From the NCBI GenBank assembly GCA_965208575.1, contig CBDBOV010000006.1:1216001-1280000 (forward strand): a stretch of DNA of 64,000 bases, given 5' to 3'. Shown here piece after piece: positions 57,792-64,000 of this stretch. This stretch comes from Spirochaetia bacterium (lineage in GTDB: Bacteria > Spirochaetota > Spirochaetia > SZUA-6 > Bin103). How positions within the stretch are numbered: the stretch's first letter is position 1; every line of letters starts with the position of its first letter. A program made the position numbers and the translations under genes. The notes beneath the pieces were generated by a model. It was not told the origin of the DNA. It searched no databases and worked only from the letters and a program-made list of their open reading frames with translations.

Positions 57792-59747
57792 CTACTGCTT
57801 GACCCACCACTGGTAGACGCGCCCGCGGAAGTTGCCCGCGGTGGCGTTGGTCCACGCCAGCTCGTCGTACAGGTTCATGATGTTGCGGCGGAAGATCATC
57901 GGGCGCGGCGGCAGGCCGACGGTACCGATGGCAAACACGTTCTCGGCGAACATCATCATGAATTCCTTGCCCATTGCCTGCCACTTGGCGTCGTCGAGCT
58001 CGTTGCGCATCGCGTGGCCGAGATCGAGCATCTCCTTGGCCACGCCGACCGGCTCCTCGCCCGACTCGCCGTTGGACTGGTACCAGTTGCGCCACATCGG
58101 CGCCCAGTGACCGATGGTCAGGAACCAGCCGCTCGCCGGGCTGTCGGTGCGGTACTTCAACTGGCTCGGTTCCATGATCCAGGTAGTCAGGTCGTAGTCG
58201 GCGTTGTTGGTGCGCAGCGAGAACAGGCTGCGCTCGATGATGCTGAACTTCAGCTCGATGCCCACCTCGCGCCAGTAGTTGGTGACCAGCTCGGAGATGG
58301 TGACCAGGTCGGCCAGGCCGGTGCCGGTGATCACCTCCAGGGTCAGGCGGTTGCCGTCGGAACTGAGCCGGTAGCCGTCGCCGTCGCGCTCGGTCAGGCC
58401 GATCTCGTCGAGCAGCCGGTTGGCCTCGTCCACGTCGTAGCGGATCGCCTCCTGCTCGGCGGCCTGCACCTCTTCATCGTAGAACGGCTCGTCGCCGAGG
58501 GCGAAGCCGAGCAGCGGCGTGGCCAGCCCCTGGAACACGATGTCGTTGATCTCGTCGCGGTCGATGGCGTGCGACAGCGCCTGCCGGAACCGCTTGTCGC
58601 GGTACAGCTCGCGCCGCACCGGGTCCTTGTGGTTCAGGTTCAGGTAGTAGGAGCCGGCGCCGGCCCAGGTGTTGGGGCCGATGATCACGTTGTAGTTGTA
58701 GCGCTCGGCGTTCTGCTCCAGCAGCGGCGCCTCGTCCATGCCGAAGCCCTCGACCAGGAAGTCGAACTCGCCGGCGATGCCGCGCGCCTTGACCAGCTCC
58801 GACTCGACCACCAGCACGCCGTAGATGTTGTCCAGGTAGGGGAGCTGGTTGCCGGCCTCGTCCACCTTCCAGTAGTAGGGATTGCGGTCCCAGACGGTGC
58901 GGTCCATGGTCACCGAGGTGGGTACCCAGGCGTACAGGTAGGGCGGGCCGGGATAGTGGATGTAGGGCCGCGTCTTTTCGCGCGTCTGGTTGAACAGTTG
59001 CCACCACTCCTCGAGCCCCTCTTCCTTGGCCTTCTTGTCGGCGTCCTCGTTGTAGTCGATGTGCAGCTCCTTGAAGTAGTGCGCCGGGAAGTAGTGGTTC
59101 ATGTAGCCATTGGCGGCCGTGAACATGAACAGTTGCGCGGGCGACGGCCCGGCGAACCCGAACTGCACGGTGCTGTCGTCGATCTGCGTGAAGGTCATGC
59201 GGGAGCCGTGCGACATCCAGGCGCCAGGGGTGAGCGGCGTCAGCTTGTCGTTGAACTGCACGTCCTCGTAGTAGAAGCGCAGGTCCTCGGCGGTGAACGG
59301 CGATCCGTCCGACCACTTGATGCCCTCGCGCAGGTGCACGGTGAGCTGCGACTTGTCGTCGTTCCAGTCCCAGGCGCGCGCCACGTTGGGCACCACGTTC
59401 AGGGAGTCCTCGGGGTCGAGCTCCATCAACGGTTCGATGTTGACGTGCGCGATCATGTACCAGTTGCCGGTGCTGTGCTTGATCGCCGTGATCGCACCGC
59501 CGTACTCGCCGATCTCATCCTTGACCTTTACCACCAGCGGCTCCGGCGGCAGCCGTTCCTCCACCGGCGGCAGGTCTCCGGACGCCACCAGTTGCGCCAG
59601 CGCGGGCGCCTCGTTGAAGCTGCCGGAAGCGGCCATCGCCCCCGCCGAGCTCGCCTCTGACGAGCCCTCGTCCTCGCCGCCGGCCCAGACCATCGCGGCC
59701 GAACCGAGCAGCACCAGCGAAACCATTACGCCGGTCATCGCTTTCAT
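57792..59747 (-). CDS. ABC solute-binding protein family 5 (likely oligosaccharide-binding subgroup)
   Basis: GDLPPVEERLP.EPLVV, GEYGG, KWSDG.PFTA, RNPYYWKVD.AGNQLPY. Confidence 0.92.
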   Translation of the reverse strand: MKAMTGVMVSLVLLGSAAMVWAGGEDEGSSEASSAGAMAASGSFNEAPALAQLVASGDLPPVEERLPPEPLVVKVKDEIGEYGGAITAIKHSTGNWYMIAHVNIEPLMELDPEDSLNVVPNVARAWDWNDDKSQLTVHLREGIKWSDGSPFTAEDLRFYYEDVQFNDKLTPLTPGAWMSHGSRMTFTQIDDSTVQFGFAGPSPAQLFMFTAANGYMNHYFPAHYFKELHIDYNEDADKKAKEEGLEEWWQLFNQTREKTRPYIHYPGPPYLYAWVPTSVTMDRTVWDRNPYYWKVDEAGNQLPYLDNIYGVLVVESELVKARGIAGEFDFLVEGFGMDEAPLLEQNAERYNYNVIIGPNTWAGAGSYYLNLNHKDPVRRELYRDKRFRQALSHAIDRDEINDIVFQGLATPLLGFALGDEPFYDEEVQAAEQEAIRYDVDEANRLLDEIGLTERDGDGYRLSSDGNRLTLEVITGTGLADLVTISELVTNYWREVGIELKFSIIERSLFSLRTNNADYDLTTWIMEPSQLKYRTDSPASGWFLTIGHWAPMWRNWYQSNGESGEEPVGVAKEMLDLGHAMRNELDDAKWQAMGKEFMMMFAENVFAIGTVGLPPRPMIFRRNIMNLYDELAWTNATAGNFRGRVYQWWVKQ

Positions 59748-60014
59748 ACCTACCTCCCTTGGAAGTGTGATGGTCGTTTATAGGCCACCCGGCCCCACCC
59801 GTCAAGGAGCACCGGCTCGCCCATCGGCGTCCGCTGATGCGAATCGGCACGTCGTCACGTGCCGCGCGGGCGGTTGGGGCGCTGCAGCGATGGGGGAGGG
59901 ACAAAGGCATTGCAGCGGGGTAGATCAAGGGTTAGCATGTACCTATGGCTGAGAGGTTGCAACCAGCCCTCGTCGCCTTGATTCCCGCGTTGATCGGCTC
60001 CGGGATGGCGTTGT

Positions 60015-60980
60015 TTATCGCCGTGAAGGGGTGGCGACGTTCGACTTGGCGGCATCGGCGCCGAGACGACCCACGCCGCCCCTGAGCGTGGTTGCGCCAC
60101 GCAACCTTGGATCGAGCAGGTCGCGCACCGCGTCACCCAACATGTTGAAACTGTACACCACGATGGTCAGGCACAGGCCGGGCCACAGCGCCAACCACGG
60201 CGCCTGCTCCATGTACTTGCGCCCCTCCCGGCTGAGCATGCCTCCCCAGTCGGGGATGGTGGCCGGCAGACCGAATCCCAGGAAGCCCAGTGCGGCCAAC
60301 GCCATGATCACGCCGCCTATACTGGTGCTGAATGAAATGATTATGACCGGTGTGATATTGGGCACGACATGGCGTAGGAGCGATCTCCATCGCGACGAGC
60401 CAACCGCCTCGGCGACGTCGAAATAGGCGTTCTCCTTGATAGCGATGACAGCGCCTCTGATTACTCTCGCGCCGCCTATGCCGCCCGATATCCCCATGAC
60501 CAGGATGATCTGCAGCAGTCCCTCCCCCACTATGGCTATGAGGGTCAACAGCAGCAGCAATCCCGGAAACGCCATCCAGGCATCGACGAATCTCTGCACG
60601 CCCAGGTCCAGTTTGCCACCGACAAATCCCGAAACCCCACCGATCACGGTGCTGATGAATACGCTGATGGTGGTCACCGATACGCCGACCAGTACGGACA
60701 CGCGAGCTCCGAAGATAAGGCGGCTCAGGAGGTCTCGTCCGGCCTGGTCGGTACCAAGCAGATAACGGGCCGATGGGCCCTGCAGGCGGTCTACCAGGTG
60801 CAGTTCGGCATATGGATAGGGCGACAATGCATCTCCAAAGACAGCCACCAGGATTACCATGAGTATGACGACCCCGCTGGCCGCGCCCAACGGCTTCTCG
60901 GTGACCAGCCTGATAACGAATCTGGCCGCCGCGCTGCGTCTCCTGGGCTCGTTCACTGCGCCGACGGGCATCCGAGACAT
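60015..60980 (-). CDS. ABC permease (DppC-like), paralog of 51329-52249
   Basis: LGTDQAGRD, RHVVPN, WGGMLSREGRKYME. Confidence 0.92.
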   Translation of the reverse strand: MSRMPVGAVNEPRRRSAAARFVIRLVTEKPLGAASGVVILMVILVAVFGDALSPYPYAELHLVDRLQGPSARYLLGTDQAGRDLLSRLIFGARVSVLVGVSVTTISVFISTVIGGVSGFVGGKLDLGVQRFVDAWMAFPGLLLLLTLIAIVGEGLLQIILVMGISGGIGGARVIRGAVIAIKENAYFDVAEAVGSSRWRSLLRHVVPNITPVIIISFSTSIGGVIMALAALGFLGFGLPATIPDWGGMLSREGRKYMEQAPWLALWPGLCLTIVVYSFNMLGDAVRDLLDPRLRGATTLRGGVGRLGADAAKSNVATPSRR

Positions 60981-61945
60981 CACTGGTAGCGAATCCTGGG
61001 ATCCAGGTAGGGGTACAGCATGTCGATGAGTAGAGAGCTGAACAACACGACGCTGGCCAGGAGCAGGTTGATTGCGGAAACGACCGGGTAGTCTCTCTGG
61101 TTGAGCGCAGCCACGAACAGGCGACCTATGCCCGGCAAAACGAATATCTCTTCCAAGATAACCGAGCCCCCGACCAGGAGAGGGAGCTGCAGGCCGATCA
61201 GGGTAAGGACTGGGATGAATGCATTCTTGATGGCGTGTCTGACAATGATCACCCTCTCCCTGAGCCCCTTGGACCAGGCCGTCCGGATATAGTCCTGCCT
61301 GAGCACCTCCAGCATCATGGTGCGCATCAGCCGCATGGTGGCGGCCGACATGGCCGTGCCCAGGATGAGGGACGGAATGAGGAACATCCCGAGATTCCCC
61401 AGCGGGTCTTCCGCAAACGGAATCAACTCTACCGATGGCGACCAGCCCCACCAGATTGCCGGGTAGAGCATGACCATGACGCCAAGCCAGAAGTTGGGCG
61501 TTGCCAAGCCGATGACGGCGACGGTGCGGCCTGCGTAGTCGATCGCCGTATCCTGGCGAATCGCCGAGTAGAGACCGACTGGCAGCGCTATGACGAGCCC
61601 TATTACGATTGCCATAACGCCAAGCTCGACGGTTACCGGCAATCTGCTTATGATCCTCTCCTCTATTGACCAGTGTCCCGTAAGTGACTCACCGAACGTG
61701 CCGCGCAGGAGAATATCTCCCATCCAGCGTCCATATTGCACGTGCACGGGCACGTCCAATCCCAGCATGCGCTCAAGCGCTTCACGGTCTACCACGCCAC
61801 CGGCGGAAGACCATGCTTCCATCTCCGCCACCATTGCGTCTATTACGTCGCCGGGGAGGAAGCGGACCGCGAGAAAGACTATGACGGTCAATATCCACAA
61901 GGTGGGGATGGTCAGCAACAAGCGTCTGATGAGATAGGCTCTCAT
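60980..61945 (-). CDS. ABC permease (DppB-like), paralog of 52246-53202
   Basis: MRAYLIRR, DYIRTAWSKGL, LDPRIRY. Confidence 0.93.
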   Translation of the reverse strand: MRAYLIRRLLLTIPTLWILTVIVFLAVRFLPGDVIDAMVAEMEAWSSAGGVVDREALERMLGLDVPVHVQYGRWMGDILLRGTFGESLTGHWSIEERIISRLPVTVELGVMAIVIGLVIALPVGLYSAIRQDTAIDYAGRTVAVIGLATPNFWLGVMVMLYPAIWWGWSPSVELIPFAEDPLGNLGMFLIPSLILGTAMSAATMRLMRTMMLEVLRQDYIRTAWSKGLRERVIIVRHAIKNAFIPVLTLIGLQLPLLVGGSVILEEIFVLPGIGRLFVAALNQRDYPVVSAINLLLASVVLFSSLLIDMLYPYLDPRIRYQ

Positions 61946-61988
61946 GGGACAAATGCCCTTGTCATTGCTTAGCCTGAGCTATTTAGAT

Positions 61989-62032
61989 GGGGAGCCGGGA
62001 AGCGCCCGCAGGCGAATCGCCTCCCGGCTCCC
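61989..62032 (-). terminator. Stem-loop after binding-protein gene
   Basis: GGGAGCCGGGA / TCCCGGCTCCC inverted repeat. Confidence 0.55.
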
Positions 62033-62042
62033 TTATTCATCA

Positions 62043-63857
62043 CTAGTTTCCCATCTCTTCCTTCATCTCCTGGTCGATCCAGAGGCGCGCCAGGTGGGTC
62101 ATGCGTTCGCCCCATCCCATGCCTGCTTCACCGAAATAACCCTGAACCCACGGTTGGTTCACGAAATGATTGGGGATGTTGGATTTCACCAAGCCGCAGT
62201 GCTCCCTTACGCAGAGCTCATCGGACTGTCTCTGTATCCTCTTGAACTCCTCGATGTCGGTAGTCTCCGAGGCGGCAACATAAAGGGCGTCCATGCGCGG
62301 ATCATTCATCTTGTTGGCGCTGCGGCCGCTGACCAGTGTGGTTACCGCTCCAAACGTGTATCCGACCAGGCCGGGGCCGCCGAAGTAGCCGTAATACGAA
62401 GTAAATAAGCCGTACTCAAGCGTTTCCGCCTTCAAGGCAGCTCCCATTTCAGCGGTACCGAACACCTCAAGCTCGCCTTTTACGCCAATGGCGTCGAGGT
62501 AGCCGATGACCAGTTCCGGATAGGTCTCATCCCACCGGTCGAAATGGCCCAGCTTGATGGTAAATCTATAACCGTCGTCGCCGCGCGGATAGCCGGCAGC
62601 ATCAAGCAACGCCTCTGCCTCTTCCGGGTGATACTCATACTCATGCTTGACGTCGTCCGGCCACTCTGCATATGGCCAGCTATACTGTGGCGTGAATTGG
62701 CCAACCAACCCGTACGGTGTTGGATCGCCCATACCCTTGTTGTAGGTAGCGTTGATGGTCTCGCGGTCCACTGCCATCTGCAGTGCCTTGCGCACATTGA
62801 CGTCCTGCATGAACGGCACAGTCCAATTGAAATAGAACGTGCCGCTAGGCCGGCTATAGACCGGCCAGAACTCCATTTCAGGGTTGGTCTGCTGGAGGCT
62901 CGCTACGTCGTCGATAGAGGTTACATAGGCGTCGCCGACGTTACTCAGCATATCAATCTTGCCGGTGCGCAGTGCCGCCAGACGTGTCGATGTGTCCGGC
63001 ATGAGCAGCGACCGGTACTCGTCAATATAGGGCAACCGGTTGCCGAATTTCTCGTCAACGCCCCAGTAGTCAGGATTCTTCACCCAGGTTGCCGAGCTGC
63101 CCTCCACGAAATCAGTCAGTCGCAAGGGCCCGGTGCCGACCACGTTGTTCCAGTCCTTGGCGTCTCCGTATTTCTCGATTACTTCGCGAGGTAACACGAT
63201 AAAGTAGTTGTTGGTCATTTTCCCGAGCACATCGAGCTGAGGCTTTGCCAGCTTGATCTCAATCGTCCATTGGTCGGTGGCCGTTACCGAGACGATTTCT
63301 GCACCCTGAGTTACCCCACCCTTGCCGGTGCTCGGCCCGTCTTCGGCGAAGTCCCCCAGGCCCAGAAAGCGGTGATAGTTCCATTCGACGTCATGAGCAT
63401 CGAACTGCCGACCGTTGACCGGCTCCTTGTCGTCCCAGTTGACGCCCTGGCGAATGTTGAAGATGAACGTGGTGTCGTCGGGCATCGACCAGCTTTCGGC
63501 CAGAGACCCTGTGCTCATCTCCGGGGTCACCACTTGGTACAATTCACCGCGCCATATATCTCTGGATAGTCCCCAGTCGGCGAACGCGAGCCGTTCATTG
63601 ACACCCCCGATGAGGTGTTGCGCCCAGCCAGTATTGAACCAGGGGTCGATACCCGGAGGATAGACCTTGGCGCCCCACGTGAGGATCCCGCCATACTCCG
63701 GCGCGGTCCACGTCCTTCCGGTCGCGGTGTCGAACACCGTTTCCCTCTCCGTAGCCGCCGCCGGCTCCTCTTCCGCGGCGGCGGCCCAGAGGCCGGTCGC
63801 CATCAGCACCAGGATCAACGCAACCGCAAAGGTCCTGGTAACTTGCATGAAATTCAT
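62043..63857 (-). CDS. ABC solute-binding protein family 5, paralog of 53263-55056
   Basis: LWAAAAEE signal, LAESWS, GTGP, KNPDYW, LRTGKID. Confidence 0.92.
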   Translation of the reverse strand: MNFMQVTRTFAVALILVLMATGLWAAAAEEEPAAATERETVFDTATGRTWTAPEYGGILTWGAKVYPPGIDPWFNTGWAQHLIGGVNERLAFADWGLSRDIWRGELYQVVTPEMSTGSLAESWSMPDDTTFIFNIRQGVNWDDKEPVNGRQFDAHDVEWNYHRFLGLGDFAEDGPSTGKGGVTQGAEIVSVTATDQWTIEIKLAKPQLDVLGKMTNNYFIVLPREVIEKYGDAKDWNNVVGTGPLRLTDFVEGSSATWVKNPDYWGVDEKFGNRLPYIDEYRSLLMPDTSTRLAALRTGKIDMLSNVGDAYVTSIDDVASLQQTNPEMEFWPVYSRPSGTFYFNWTVPFMQDVNVRKALQMAVDRETINATYNKGMGDPTPYGLVGQFTPQYSWPYAEWPDDVKHEYEYHPEEAEALLDAAGYPRGDDGYRFTIKLGHFDRWDETYPELVIGYLDAIGVKGELEVFGTAEMGAALKAETLEYGLFTSYYGYFGGPGLVGYTFGAVTTLVSGRSANKMNDPRMDALYVAASETTDIEEFKRIQRQSDELCVREHCGLVKSNIPNHFVNQPWVQGYFGEAGMGWGERMTHLARLWIDQEMKEEMGN

Positions 63858-63870
63858 ACGTTACTCCGCA

Positions 63871-64000
63871 TGTCGATTGTCGAGAGTATTGCGTAGCGGC
63901 CTGCCGCTCCCTGGCTACCCTCAAGCCCGCAACGCGGGCCGCCAGACTGAGTCAAAATTCACCGGCAGCGCGCGGCGTGTGACTCACCGGGCTCGCCCGG
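63871..64000 (-). ncRNA. Conserved structured leader copy 2 (cut by window end)
   Basis: Aligns with 55079-55210. Confidence 0.6.

Overview
High-GC bacterial window. The N-termini of the solute-binding proteins suggest a Spirochaetota host (inference only). 1-31 kb is mostly catabolic and transport genes: a heterodimeric ABC exporter, a putative betaine/methylamine catabolic cluster (gamma-butyrobetaine-dioxygenase-like, HD-domain, GcvT-like and dimethylglycine-oxidase-like genes), a sulfatase, a PhyH dioxygenase, a CUT1 sugar ABC cassette, an aldolase and a dehydrogenase. These are interrupted by small accessory inserts: Xre-RES toxin-antitoxin, an AAA-nuclease, a duplicated heptad-repeat nuclease flanking two lipoprotein genes, and a lower-GC two-gene insert. 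33.4-48.9 kb is one HNH-endonuclease gene broken by nested mobile elements. It contains an IS1634 and a 10.86-kb insertion with no target duplication, bounded by two inverted tyrosine-recombinase/IS91 units whose ends join into a near-perfect 40-bp palindrome. That insertion in turn carries a second IS1634, a four-gene DDE/AAA transposon and an IS3. 49-64 kb holds AbiE toxin-antitoxin, Uma2 and three family-5 ABC cassettes without ATPase genes. Two of these cassettes share a conserved, covarying structured 5' leader (candidate new cis-regulatory RNA). A second highly structured candidate RNA lies at 11762-11905. No rRNA, tRNA or CRISPR array was seen.
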